A DNA stretch of 64,000 bases from an uncultured delta proteobacterium (GTDB lineage: Bacteria; Myxococcota; Myxococcia; Myxococcales; Myxococcaceae), in the NCBI GenBank assembly GCA_963771175.1, contig CAVYSY010000033.1:128001-192000 (forward strand), read 5' to 3'. Made by a program: the position numbers and the translations under genes. Positions 19,026-29,571 of the stretch are shown here, in pieces. The notes below the pieces were generated by a model. That model was not told the origin of the DNA. It searched no databases and saw nothing but the letters and a program-made list of their open reading frames with translations. Within the stretch, counting starts at the first letter, position 1, and each line of letters starts with the position of its first letter.

Positions 19026-20050
19026 CGCGCCAGACCCTGCTGGATGGCATTGCCGAGGTCGTGCGCCACCGCCTTGGCGGCCACCTTCCCGGCATTGGCG
19101 ATGGCCCTCGCCTTGGAGCGGCCGTGGGCCTTGATGAAGATGCGATCGAACCCGAGCACCGGTGCTCCCCCGTACTGCTCCCAGTCGGTGATGTCCTTGA
19201 TGCGCTGGATGCCACCGGACAGCATGGCGATCCCCGCGCGCCAGCGCAGGCTCTCCTTGTACGCGTACTGGGCCAGCTCCACCACCGTGTCGTGCACGCC
19301 CTCGAGCATCTTCAAGCACACGTTGCCGACGAAGCCGTCCGTCACCACCACGTCCGCCGTACCCTTGGGGATGTCCACGCCCTCCACGTTCCCGATGAAC
19401 TGGAGCCCCGGCATGCTCACGAGCTTCTCGTGGGCCTCCACCACCTGGCGCGGTCCCTTGTTGGGCTCGGTGCCGTTGGACAGCAGCGCCACCCGGGGGT
19501 TGTCGTTCTTGGAGATGATGCGCGCGTACGCCGCCCCCATCACCGCGAACGTCATCAGGTCCTCCGCGGTGGCCTCCACCGTGGCCCCCACGTCGAGGAT
19601 GAGCGAGAACGGATCCTCGTTCACCCCGCGCCGGGCCCGCGTGGGGTACACGGCCGCCAGGGCCGCGCGCCGCACGCCCGGCAGGAGCTGGAAGTGCCGC
19701 GCGCACGAGAGCACGCAGGCTCCCGTGTTGCCGGCGGACACCAGCGCGTCCGCCTCGCCCTCGGCCACGAGCCGCGCCGCCACCGACACCGACGCGTCAT
19801 GCTTGCGCGCCAGGGCCTCGCCGGGCTTCTCGTCCATGCCGACGAACTCGGAGGCATGCTGCACCGAGATGCGCTCGCCGTTGTGCTTCGTCTCGGCGAG
19901 CGCGTCGTCGATGACGGCCCTGTCCCCCACCAGCAGGGTGTGGATGTGCGGTGATTCCAACGAGAGCTGCGCGGCCCCCCTGATTACCTCCGCGGGGCCG
20001 TGGTCGCTCCCCATCACGTCGAACGCAATGGTGATGAGCTTGGTGGCCAT
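19022..20050 (-). CDS. plsX: Phosphate acyltransferase PlsX
   Basis: IAFDVMGSDHGP, VSAGNTGA, LDVGA, GNVEG, VVTDGFVGNVCLKMLEG, YGGAPVLG, IKAHGRS. Confidence 0.95.
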   Translation of the reverse strand: MATKLITIAFDVMGSDHGPAEVIRGAAQLSLESPHIHTLLVGDRAVIDDALAETKHNGERISVQHASEFVGMDEKPGEALARKHDASVSVAARLVAEGEADALVSAGNTGACVLSCARHFQLLPGVRRAALAAVYPTRARRGVNEDPFSLILDVGATVEATAEDLMTFAVMGAAYARIISKNDNPRVALLSNGTEPNKGPRQVVEAHEKLVSMPGLQFIGNVEGVDIPKGTADVVVTDGFVGNVCLKMLEGVHDTVVELAQYAYKESLRWRAGIAMLSGGIQRIKDITDWEQYGGAPVLGFDRIFIKAHGRSKARAIANAGKVAAKAVAHDLGNAIQQGLAR

Positions 20051-20136
20051 GACGGAACCATCCTACAGGTTTATGAAATGCGAGGGGGCCGGACCCACGT
20101 GGATCCAGCCCCCGGTGAACGAACCAACAGACAGTC

Positions 20137-22174
20137 TCAGTTGTTCTCGCTCGCCTGGATCGTCCGGTTGGCGGTGTCGCGCTGGATGCAGCCCTTGGTG
20201 AGCGTGTACTGGTAGGTGCCCAGCTCGTCGCGCCAGTACTCGCCCTCGTACGGCCAGTAGAGCTGGTCATCCGCCACGGCGACCGAGTACTTGTACTTCT
20301 TGACGACGGAGACCTGGCCGCCCGCCTTGAGCTGCTCCTCGAGGAAGTCCTTCTCCTTGGAGACCGTCTCGAACTTGATGCGCAGGCCGTTGGCCAGGAG
20401 CTGCTTGAGGGCCGCGAGCTCCGTCTCCAGCTTGCCCTTGGCCATGATGCCGGCCTTGTCGATGAGGCTGGTGCGCTGCTGCTTCAGGCCGTCCAGGAGC
20501 TGCTTGGACAGCTCGGAGTAGCGGAAGGTGTCGGCCTTCTCGGAGAAGGCGTCCATCTCGCCCTCCAGCTCGAGGATGGACTCGTTCGTCTTCTTCAGGT
20601 CCTGATCCGTGAGGGCGAGGCGGAGGATGCGCTCGAGGATGACGTCCGTCTCGGCCTTCTCCAGGCCCTCCTTGTTCTTCTTCTGCACGTCGGCGAGCAC
20701 GCCGTAGTACTCGCTGGCCGCGAGCTCCTTCTTCGTAATCAGCTCGAGCTGATCATGAACGGGCAGGTAGGTGCGCTCGAAGTCCTGGAGGATGAGGCTG
20801 GACTCGCGGTAGCGGCAGTTCTCGTAATAGATGACCGCCTTGAGGATGAGCGCCTCGGGGAAGTACTCCTCACGGAAGAAGGGCGAGGACAGGGTGATGA
20901 GGTTGCCGAGCGCCTGCTCGTACTGGCCCACGCGGTAGTTGGCCCAGCTCGACTCGAACATGGACTCCAGCCACTGCGAGGTGCCGCGCTCCACCTTGTT
21001 GAAGTAGAAGAGCGCGTAGCGGTTCTGCTGCATGCCGTAGTGGGTGCGGGCCAGCTGCATGAAGGCCAGCTCGCGCAGCTTCTGGTTCACCGCGGCCTGC
21101 TCGGCGTCCAGGCCCCCCGAGGTGCGGGTGACGCGGACGATCTCCTTCATGGCCTCGATGGCGCCCACGGTGTTGATGTCCGTGCGCTTCGCGGCGGCGC
21201 TCGTGGCCCGGTTGCCGGAGCGGAAGAAGGACAGGCCCTCGAGGTACTTGGCGCGAGCGTAGAAGACGTCCGTCTTCGGGATGAGCAGCGTGAGCCGCTT
21301 CACCTCGTTGAAGCTCTTGTCCGCGTCCTCCTGACGGCCCACCTGGTCCAGCGCCTTGCCACGCACGAAGTGGTAGCGGGCCAGCAGGTAGTGGAACTCG
21401 GTGCGGAAGCGCTCGGGGAACTCCTGGTTCGCGTACTTGGCGATCTCATCCAGGATGACGGTCTCGTTCTTCGTCTTGCGGCTGATGAAGAAGAGCCACT
21501 CGAGGCTGGTGCGGAAGAACTTCGTCTCCGGACCGACGGCGAGGATCTTCGAGAACTCACCCAGCGACGAGTGGTACAGGCCCATGCGGTAGAGGGCCTT
21601 GGCCAGCACGTAGCGAGCCTCCAGGTGGAGGCCGGCGAGCTTGGCGTCCTGGAGCATCTCGAAGGAGCTCATCGCCGCCTTCTCGTACTCCTCGTTCTTG
21701 AAGAGCGGAGATGGCCACGTCCAGGCGCTGGCGATCACCGCTCTTGCCGGACACGTCCACCGCGTCGAAGGACATGGTGGGCGCGGCCTTGGGCGCGCTG
21801 GGGGTCTCCGCCGTCAGATCCAACCCCATGCCCATGGAGGGGGTGGACTCCGGCTGGGACGCCGGGGCGGCGGGAGTGCTCGCCGCCGTCCCCGTGTCGG
21901 CCGGGGTGGTGGCGGGAATGGTCGTGGGGAGAATGGAAGAAGAGCTCGCGTCCGCGCCCGCGGGGGCCTCGGTCGAGTCCTCGGACTCGTCCTCGACGGG
22001 CTGGGCGGCCGTGGGCTTCTTGCCACGCGACGGCTTGCGGGTGGGCTTCTTCTTCTTCTTCTTGGACGGCTGGGAGATGTCCAGACCCTCGAAGCTCTGG
22101 GCGGGCGAGGGGTTCGCCCACGCCAGCGTGAGCCCGAGGACGGAGAGGCAGAGCGGCCGGAGCAGACGTTTCAT
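20137..22174 (-). CDS. gltC: Adventurous gliding motility TPR protein GltC (indel near 21707)
   Basis: Signal peptide, TPR-rich body, C-terminal YWPYEGEYWRDELGTYQYTLTKGC; follows two beta-barrel genes as in the myxobacterial G2 cluster. Confidence 0.85.
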
Positions 22175-22986
22175 GACTCAGGGTGGACGGTAGGGAAGAA
22201 GAAGGAGACACCCAGCTCGAACAGGAGCTGGTTGCGGAGCATCTGGGACGGATTCACGGCCTTCTCGACGTAGATGAGGTCGCGGAACTCGGTGCGAACC
22301 GTCATCCAGCGATTGACGAAGAAGCGCATGCCCACGCCGACGTTGCCGCCCATGGTGAGCTGCGCAGACTGGTCGGGCCCGCGGTACTGCACCGCGGTGG
22401 CGCCGCCGACGCCGTACAGGTCGAAGTGGAGGAACTGCTCGGCCAGCAGGGAGATCTTCCCGTAGATGGGGGCCCACTGGACGTCCAGTCCGCCGATCAG
22501 CCGGATCTCCCCGGGCGCCGAGCGCGCGCGCAGCTCCTCGACGGTGGGCAGGCGGCAACCGCGGGTGGTGCTCCCGCCCGTGCCCTCGGTGAAGGTGCAG
22601 ATCTGCGCCGTCCCGGACACCGTGGGGATGGAGTAGCCGGCGCGCAGGCTCACGCCCAGCGTCTCGAAGGGGTGGTAGGTGAGCGTGCCCCCGAAGATGT
22701 ACTTCGAGAAGAAGGCATCCGTGAGGGACAGGGTGGCCGAGGGGCTGAACTCGAAGCGGCCCTTCTTGAGGAAGAGGTGGCCGGAGACGGGATGCACGCG
22801 CTCGCGCAGGGGCCCGAGGCGATCCTTGTCCACCTCGGACACGTCACCGGCCTCCTGCTCGGAGCCACCGGAGGTGGAGGGAGCGGGCTTCGCGGCGGGC
22901 GCGGGCGCGGGCGCCGACTCCTGGGCCAGGGCCAGCGCGGGCACCAGACAGAGCGCGAGCAACAGGCGACGGGCGGCGGTCTTCAT
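22171..22986 (-). CDS. gltA: Outer-membrane beta-barrel gliding protein (GltA by synteny)
   Basis: Signal peptide; LFLKKGRFEFSP, WAPIYGKISL, terminal GVSFFFP. Confidence 0.78.
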   Translation of the reverse strand: MKTAARRLLLALCLVPALALAQESAPAPAPAAKPAPSTSGGSEQEAGDVSEVDKDRLGPLRERVHPVSGHLFLKKGRFEFSPSATLSLTDAFFSKYIFGGTLTYHPFETLGVSLRAGYSIPTVSGTAQICTFTEGTGGSTTRGCRLPTVEELRARSAPGEIRLIGGLDVQWAPIYGKISLLAEQFLHFDLYGVGGATAVQYRGPDQSAQLTMGGNVGVGMRFFVNRWMTVRTEFRDLIYVEKAVNPSQMLRNQLLFELGVSFFFPTVHPES

Positions 22987-23822
22987 TCGGCCTCCCGACC
23001 CGTCGACTTCAGCGGGAAGAAGATGGAGATACCGGCATTGAGGGTCATGATGTTCTGGGTGGCGCCCTTGCTGGTGTTGAGCGGCTGGTCCACGTAGGTC
23101 GTGTTGATGAGCGCCACGTTCACCGCGAGGAAGTCACGGGCCACGAAGCGCAGGCCCAGGCCGAGATCGGTGGCGAGGCTGGGACCACGGGTCTCCACCT
23201 CGGACGTCAGGGGATTGAGCGTCTTGTTACTCGACGTCTCGGTGTTCATCACACCCATGCCGCCCAGCAGGTAGGCGTCGAAGTGGAGGATGGAGTTGAG
23301 GAAGGCCACCTTGCCGTAGAGCGGGCTCCACTCCACGTCGCCCATGGCCGACCACTGGGGCACCGAGTGGTAGATGCGGCTCTGGAAGGTGCGCTTGGCG
23401 ATGCGCACGTCGTCCGAGGACACCACCTCCATCACCGACACACGCGCGGCGACGGCCAGGGTGTCCGCCAGGAAGTACGCCCCACGCACCGAGGCGCCCA
23501 CCTTCGAGTAGTAGGGATCGTTGACCGACAGGGTGACGAAGGGCGCCAGCTCGAAGCGGCCCTTCTTGAGGTACACCTTGCGCTGCACGCTCTTGACGCG
23601 ATCGTCGAGCGTGACGTCGCGCTCGGCCGGCGCGAGCGGCTCGGCGGGGGGTGGCTCCGCCTCCGTGGAGGGCAGCGGGGGCGGCTCCTCCGCGGGCGGC
23701 TCCGAGGCAGTCTCGGTTTCTTCCTGGGGCTTGCTCAGATCGAGTCCGAGCCCCGTGTCTTGGGCAAGTGCTGGCACTGGCGCGAGGCACAGCGCGAGCA
23801 GAATGGCCTGGAGGCGTTTCAC
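22983..23822 (-). CDS. gltB: Outer-membrane beta-barrel gliding protein (GltB by synteny)
   Basis: GTG start (MKRLQAILL); VQRKVYLKKGRFELAP, WSPLYGKVAF, AGISIFFP. Confidence 0.78.
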   Translation of the reverse strand: MKRLQAILLALCLAPVPALAQDTGLGLDLSKPQEETETASEPPAEEPPPLPSTEAEPPPAEPLAPAERDVTLDDRVKSVQRKVYLKKGRFELAPFVTLSVNDPYYSKVGASVRGAYFLADTLAVAARVSVMEVVSSDDVRIAKRTFQSRIYHSVPQWSAMGDVEWSPLYGKVAFLNSILHFDAYLLGGMGVMNTETSSNKTLNPLTSEVETRGPSLATDLGLGLRFVARDFLAVNVALINTTYVDQPLNTSKGATQNIMTLNAGISIFFPLKSTGREAE

Positions 23823-24099
23823 TTCCGGAAGCTCCGTGGTTGGGGCATCCGCCCACCGATGCAATCGGAATCGGAGGCTGAGGCAGATGCGCATCCTATC
23901 TGTCCCGCTCGGGGCCCATCAACCGATCAAAGCTCGCCTGCTCCCTCTGGAGGCTCGCGCGTATGCCCCCCCGGTATTGTTGCAGAGAGAGCACCCGAGC
24001 CCCTCGCAGCCAGAGCATCCGTGCGACCACGGTACGGTTGGCAGGGAGAGGCGCTGTGCTACGGTGGCCGCCCACATGCGACTCAAGAGGTGTACGTCG

Positions 24100-24588
24100 A
24101 TGTCTTCGCGTCTGGCCCTGTTGGTGAGCGCCGCCCTGCTGTTCGGCGGGTGCAAGGAGACCTCCGATATCGGTAAGCCGTGTCTGTTGGTAAAGCGGGG
24201 AGAAGACGCCAAGGGCGCGACCATTGCCGTGCCCGTCACCCGGGCCGACTTGAAGGACGGTCAGGACTTCGTTTCCTTCGGCTCGCTGGACTGCGAGGAT
24301 CTGGTCTGCGTGCTGGATGCCGACACGCCCGTCGAGGCCGCCGAGAACGGGCAGATCAAGGGCTACTGCAGCAAGGCGTGCAAGGTGGAGACGCTGGACA
24401 CCTGCGCCGTCACCGACCCGGATGCGACGGAGGCCGTGAAGGCCCGCATGGCCTGCCGCCCCCTGCTGTTGGATCAGCAGGCGCTGGAGGACCTGAAGGC
24501 CAACGACCCGGCCACCTACCGCGCGACGTTCGGCGACAACACTTCGCCGTACTTCTGCGCCGCCGAGCCGCCCCCGGCCACCAACTGA
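24100..24588 (+). CDS. cglC: Adventurous gliding motility lipoprotein CglC (AgmO/GltK)
   Basis: Lipobox LFGGC; IGKPCLLVK, DFVSFGSLDCEDLVCV, GYCSKAC, CRPLLLD; divergent from gltB. Confidence 0.85.
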   Translation: MSSRLALLVSAALLFGGCKETSDIGKPCLLVKRGEDAKGATIAVPVTRADLKDGQDFVSFGSLDCEDLVCVLDADTPVEAAENGQIKGYCSKACKVETLDTCAVTDPDATEAVKARMACRPLLLDQQALEDLKANDPATYRATFGDNTSPYFCAAEPPPATN

Positions 24589-24672
24589 CGTAAACCCGAC
24601 GCGCGAAGACGTAGAACTTTTTCGCGCGCCGGACGTAGACAGCAGGGCCCTCGCCGCAAGGAGCTCTCTGTC

Positions 24673-26073
24673 ATGAACAAGACGGTCGCCTTCATCTCCC
24701 TGGCCGCCGGACTCGCCCTCACCGCCCTGGTGCTGGGCCTGCCCCATGTGGCGCCGCCGCATCCCGCCGAGCCCCACCCCGCCACTCCCCCGGCCACAGC
24801 GACGAACGGCTCGCTCTCCATGACGAGCCGGCTGTCGCACCCCTACATCACCCCGGGCACCACGGACCTCTTCGTCACGGTGGATCTCACCGGCGCGCAG
24901 GTGCCGGGCGCCAAGCGCACCCCGGTGAACCTGGCGGTGGTCATCGACCGCTCGGGCTCGATGAGCGGCTACAAGCTGCAACAGGCGAAGCAGGCCGCGC
25001 GCCACCTGGTCGGGCTGCTGGGTCCGGAGGACCGGCTGGCCATCGTGCACTACGGCTCGGACGTGAAGAGCCTGCCGAGTCTGCCGGCCACGCCCGCCAA
25101 CCGCGAGCGGATGCTCCAGTATGTCGAGGGCATCTGGGACGACGGCGGCACCAACATCGGCGCGGGGTTGCACGCGGGCCGCTCGCACGTGGTGGCCGCG
25201 CGCGGGAACTACTCGGTCAACCGCATCATCCTGCTGAGCGATGGCCAGCCCACCGAGGGCATCACCGATGATGCCGGCCTCACCGAGGTGGTGAAGAGCA
25301 TCCGCGCCGAGGGCATTACCGTGAGCTCCATCGGCGTGGGCACGGACTTCAACGAGGACCTGATGCAGGGCTTCGCCGAGTACGGGGCGGGCGCGTACGG
25401 CTTCCTGGAGGACGCGGGACAGCTCGCCACGCTCTTCCAGAAGGACCTGCAGCAGGCGGCCACCAGCGTGGCGCGCAACGTGGAGCTGTCCTTCGAGCTG
25501 CCCGAGGGCGTGACGCTGGGCGAGGTGCTGGGCTACCGCGCACACCAGGCGGGGCGCACGGTGCGGGTGCCGCTGCCGGACTTCTCCGCGGGCCAGGTGG
25601 AGCGCGTGGTGGCGCGGCTCACGGTGGTGGGCTCGAAGCCGGGCAGCGCGGTGGACGTCACGGGGCTGAAGCTGGCGTACACGGACCTGCTGAAGGACGC
25701 GGCGGTGCAGAGTGGGGCCAGCCTGTCGGCGATGGTGACGGAGCAGCGCGAGGAGATGCTGGCGCGGCAGGACAAGGACGCCACGGTGTACGCCACGCGC
25801 GCGCTGAGCGCGAAGAACCTGAAGCTCGCCGCCGAGGCCCTGCGCGAGGGCCGCAAGGAGGAGGCCAAGGGGTATGTGATGCAGAACCAGGCCCTCTTCG
25901 AGCAGGCCGGCGCGGTGGCCAGCCCCGCGGCGGTGGCCGAGGACCTCGCCGAGCAGAAGGCCGTCCTCCAGGACTACGAGCAGGCGGACAGCGACGAGGC
26001 GGTGGGCACGGCGGTGAAGCGCTCGAAGGCCAAGGCGATGAAGAGCTTCGGCAAGCTCGGCTCCACCTACTGA
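24673..26073 (+). CDS. von Willebrand factor A domain protein with N-terminal TM (YfbK-like)
   Basis: MIDAS motif DRSGSMSG, GGTNI, LLSDG. Confidence 0.9.
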   Translation: MNKTVAFISLAAGLALTALVLGLPHVAPPHPAEPHPATPPATATNGSLSMTSRLSHPYITPGTTDLFVTVDLTGAQVPGAKRTPVNLAVVIDRSGSMSGYKLQQAKQAARHLVGLLGPEDRLAIVHYGSDVKSLPSLPATPANRERMLQYVEGIWDDGGTNIGAGLHAGRSHVVAARGNYSVNRIILLSDGQPTEGITDDAGLTEVVKSIRAEGITVSSIGVGTDFNEDLMQGFAEYGAGAYGFLEDAGQLATLFQKDLQQAATSVARNVELSFELPEGVTLGEVLGYRAHQAGRTVRVPLPDFSAGQVERVVARLTVVGSKPGSAVDVTGLKLAYTDLLKDAAVQSGASLSAMVTEQREEMLARQDKDATVYATRALSAKNLKLAAEALREGRKEEAKGYVMQNQALFEQAGAVASPAAVAEDLAEQKAVLQDYEQADSDEAVGTAVKRSKAKAMKSFGKLGSTY

Positions 26074-26202
26074 CCCACATCCCCTCCCCTGCCCCCTTGC
26101 CCGCCGGTCCACACTTCCGTGTTGACCGGCGGAATCGCCCCGCCCTATCTCCGCGTTCCTCGTTCCTCCTGGCACCACCAGGAGGACGCACCGGAGGCGA
26201 GC

Positions 26203-26697
26203 TTGAGCGCGGACACACCGTGGGTGGGCGTCATCATGGGGGGCAAGAGTGACCTGGAGCACCTGCGCCCCGGAATCGACGTGCTGAAGGAGCTGGCCAT
26301 TCCGCATGAGGTGCGGGTGGTGTCGGCCCATCGCACGCCGGACTGGATGATGCAGTACGCGGAGACGGCGGAGGCCCGCGGGCTGTCCGTCATCATCGCG
26401 GCGGCGGGAGGCGCGGCCCACCTGCCGGGCATGGTGGCGAGCAAGACGCTGCTGCCGGTGCTCGGCGTGCCCATCCCCGCCACCGTGCTCAACGGCTTCG
26501 ACGCGCTCATGTCCATCGTCCAGATGCCCAAGGGCGTGCCCGTGGGCACCATGGCCATCGGCAAGCCGGGCGCCATCAACGCCGCCCTGTACGCCGCCTC
26601 CATCCTGTCGCTCAAGTATCCGGAGCTGCGCCCGCGGCTGGCCGCCTGGCGTCAGGCCCGCACCGACGAAGTGCTTCGAGACAGGGAGCTCTCATGA
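26203..26697 (+). CDS. purE: N5-carboxyaminoimidazole ribonucleotide mutase
   Basis: [37 protein letters not shown] start after GGAGG. Confidence 0.96.
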   Translation: MSADTPWVGVIMGGKSDLEHLRPGIDVLKELAIPHEVRVVSAHRTPDWMMQYAETAEARGLSVIIAAAGGAAHLPGMVASKTLLPVLGVPIPATVLNGFDALMSIVQMPKGVPVGTMAIGKPGAINAALYAASILSLKYPELRPRLAAWRQARTDEVLRDRELS

Positions 26698-27836
26698 ACA
26701 AGAAGACCATTCTCCCGGGCGGCACGCTCGGCATCCTCGGTGGCGGGCAGCTCGGCCGGATGATGGCGCAGGCCGCGCGCACGCTCGGCTACCAGGTGCA
26801 GGCGTTGGATCCGGACCCCGCCTGCTCCTCCCGCTTCGTGGTGGACCAGTGCTACACGGCCGACTTCGGCAACGTGGAGCAGGCCACCCGGCTCGCCCGA
26901 TCGAGCGACGTGGTGACGCTGGAGATCGAGAAGATTCCGCTGACCACCCTGCGCGCGGTGGAGACCCACGCGCCGATGCGGCCGGGCCCCTCGGTGCTCG
27001 AGGTGGTGCAGCACCGCGGGCGTCAGCGGGCATGGCTGGCGAAGCACGGCTTCCCCCAGGGACCGTGGAGGCAGGCGGACTCCGAGGAGGCGCTGGCCGC
27101 GGCGGTCACCGAGCTGGGCGGGCGCTGCTTCGTGAAGTCCTGCGAGGGTGGCTATGACGGCCGGGGCCAGTACCAGGTGAAGTCGGCCGCCGAGGCCCCT
27201 CAGGCCTGGCGCGAGCTGGGTCAGCAGTCGGTGGTGGTGGAGGCCGCGCTGGACCTGGAGTCCGAGCTGTCCGTGCTGGTGGCGCGCGCGCCCAATGGTG
27301 AGACGGCGGTGTACCCGCCGGCCTACAACCACCACGAGGAGCGGATCCTCGACTGGTCCCTGCTGCCGGGACAGGTGCCGCCCCAGGTGGTTTCCCAGGC
27401 GACGGAGATCGCCCGCACCATGTCGGCGGCGCTGAGCGTCGAGGGCCTGCTGGTGGTGGAGCTGTTCCTGCTGAAGGACGGACGGCTGCTGGTGAACGAG
27501 CTGGCGCCGCGCCCGCACAACAGCTTCCACGCCACGGAGGTGGCGTGCCTCACCAGCCAGTTCGAGCAGGCGGTGCGCGCGGTGTGCAACCTGCCGCTGG
27601 GCTCGGTGGAGGTGGTGCGGCCAGCGGCCATCGTCAACCTGCTGGGCGACCTGTGGCTGCGCGAGGGCGGACCGAAGTTCGAGCACGTTCTCGCCATGCC
27701 GGGCGTGCGGCTGCACCTCTACGGCAAGCGCGAGGCGCGCAAGGGCCGGAAGATGGGGCACCTGTCCGCCGTGGGCCACACGCCCGAGGAAGCCGTGGCC
27801 CGCGTCAAGGCCGCCCGCGCGGCGCTGGGGGCGTGA
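26694..27836 (+). CDS. purK: N5-carboxyaminoimidazole ribonucleotide synthase
   Basis: [37 protein letters not shown]. Confidence 0.96.
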   Translation: MNKKTILPGGTLGILGGGQLGRMMAQAARTLGYQVQALDPDPACSSRFVVDQCYTADFGNVEQATRLARSSDVVTLEIEKIPLTTLRAVETHAPMRPGPSVLEVVQHRGRQRAWLAKHGFPQGPWRQADSEEALAAAVTELGGRCFVKSCEGGYDGRGQYQVKSAAEAPQAWRELGQQSVVVEAALDLESELSVLVARAPNGETAVYPPAYNHHEERILDWSLLPGQVPPQVVSQATEIARTMSAALSVEGLLVVELFLLKDGRLLVNELAPRPHNSFHATEVACLTSQFEQAVRAVCNLPLGSVEVVRPAAIVNLLGDLWLREGGPKFEHVLAMPGVRLHLYGKREARKGRKMGHLSAVGHTPEEAVARVKAARAALGA

Positions 27837-27840
27837 GACC

Positions 27841-28317
27841 GTGAAGACGAACGCGGCCCGGCTGCTCGATACGCTCGGCGTCCGCTACGAGCTGCGCGAC
27901 TACGACGTGGACCCGGAGGACCTGTCCGCCGAGACGGTGGCCGCCAAGGTGGGCATGCCCCCGGAGCAGGTCTTCAAGACGCTCGTGGCGCGCGGGGACA
28001 GGACCGGCGTGCTCATGGCCGTGGTGCCGGGCAACGGGGAGCTGGACCTCAAGGCGCTCGCGAGGCTGAGCGGCGACCGGAAGGTGGACACCGTGCCACT
28101 CAAGGAGCTCCAGCCGCTGACGGGCTACATCCGCGGCGGCGTCACGGCCATCGGGGGCAAGAAGGACTACCCCGTGTTCGTGGACGAGACGCTCGAGCTG
28201 TTCGACGTCGTCGCCGTGTCCGCGGGAGTGCGGGGGACGCAGCTCGTCCTCGCCCCCGCGGACTACCTGCGCGTCACCAAGGGCAAGGTGGGGCCCATCT
28301 CGCGCGACAAGGCATAG
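27841..28317 (+). CDS. ybaK: Cys-tRNA(Pro) deacylase
   Basis: [30 protein letters not shown]. Confidence 0.93.
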   Translation: MKTNAARLLDTLGVRYELRDYDVDPEDLSAETVAAKVGMPPEQVFKTLVARGDRTGVLMAVVPGNGELDLKALARLSGDRKVDTVPLKELQPLTGYIRGGVTAIGGKKDYPVFVDETLELFDVVAVSAGVRGTQLVLAPADYLRVTKGKVGPISRDKA

Positions 28318-28320
28318 GGC

Positions 28321-29337
28321 TCACTCCGGGACGAGCAGCACCTTCCCGGAGGTCATGTCCTCCGCCGCCAGCTTCACCGCTTCCTTCGCCTTCCCCAGCC
28401 CCAGCCGAGTCCGCACCGGCGTCTCCATCTCGCGCCCGAAGAGCGACGGCACGCCCATGAGCGCCCGGAGTTGCTTGGGGCCGAAGCGGCCCTGGAGGAA
28501 CCAGTCCGCCAGCCAGAAGCCCTCCACCCGCTTGCGCTCGAAGATGAGCGCTCCCGCGGGGACGTCGCACGGCGCGTCCGACAGCGCGCCATACACCGTC
28601 ACGCACCCGCCCGAGGGCATGGCCCGCAGGAGCTGCCCCGTCATCGCCCCCGCCACCGCGTCGAAGGCCAGCGTCACGCCCAGCCGGTGGAACAGCTCGC
28701 GCAGCCGCTCGTCGAAGCCCGGCTCGCTGCTGTTCACCACGTGCTCCGCTCCCAGCCTGCGCAGCAGCTCCGCCTGCTCCTGGCGACGCACCACGTTCAC
28801 CAGGGGAATGCGCTCGCGCTGCGACAGCTTCAGCATCATCCGCCCCAGCGAGCTCGCCGCCGCCGTCTGCGCCACCGCGCGGTGCTTGCCCCCCCGCGCC
28901 TGGTCCATCAACACCCAGGCCGTGAACGGGTTGACGAAGAGCGTCGCCCCCTGCTCGTCGCTGATGTGCTCGCGCAGGGGCAGGCAGTGCCCCCACGGCA
29001 CCCGGACGTACTCCGCCCACGACCCGTCCCCCTGCACCGGGGCCCCGAACCCCACCCGCCGGCCCACCAGCAGGCGCCCGGCGAGGCCTCCCGCCGCCAC
29101 CACCGTGCCGCTCCCCTCGAAGCCCGGCACCGTGGGCAGCGCCTTCTTCAGCCCGTAGGCGCCTCGCAGGAACATCAGGTCCGAGGGGTTGATGGGTGCC
29201 GCCGCCAGTCGCACCAGCACCTCGCTCGGGCCCGGCTTCGGCACCGGGCGCTCCTCCACCTTCAGCGACTCCGGCCGCCCGTCGTATGCCGTGAGGACGA
29301 CCGCACGCATCGTCTCGGGGATGCTCGGTTGATTCAT
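28321..29337 (-). CDS. MDR-family (quinone/enoyl) oxidoreductase
   Basis: [38 protein letters not shown]. Confidence 0.88.
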   Translation of the reverse strand: MNQPSIPETMRAVVLTAYDGRPESLKVEERPVPKPGPSEVLVRLAAAPINPSDLMFLRGAYGLKKALPTVPGFEGSGTVVAAGGLAGRLLVGRRVGFGAPVQGDGSWAEYVRVPWGHCLPLREHISDEQGATLFVNPFTAWVLMDQARGGKHRAVAQTAAASSLGRMMLKLSQRERIPLVNVVRRQEQAELLRRLGAEHVVNSSEPGFDERLRELFHRLGVTLAFDAVAGAMTGQLLRAMPSGGCVTVYGALSDAPCDVPAGALIFERKRVEGFWLADWFLQGRFGPKQLRALMGVPSLFGREMETPVRTRLGLGKAKEAVKLAAEDMTSGKVLLVPE

Positions 29338-29571
29338 GAATCGAATCCTACCGCCCCCCCTCACGTGGCCCTCGAAATTCTCGCCCGCTCCGAGAACAGG
29401 TCTCCGAGGAGAGGCGCGCGAGCACCTTCCTCTTCGAGCACCTGGGTGTCACCTGGGCAACAGTGCCCCCTCCCTCGTGAGCCCTTGTCAGGCCCTCCAG
29501 TCAGGCACCAAGATGTCCGCCCCTCCTCGCGCCACGCCCCGCCGGGCCGCTGGATGGCACCCCTGCTCCGC

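Noticed and set aside
17856..20201. 781-aa plus-strand ORF, and similar long ORFs at 23896-26421, 36065-38755, 40244-42265 and 48862-50817
   Set aside because: Antisense shadows of real genes, expected in high-GC DNA; no recognisable motifs.
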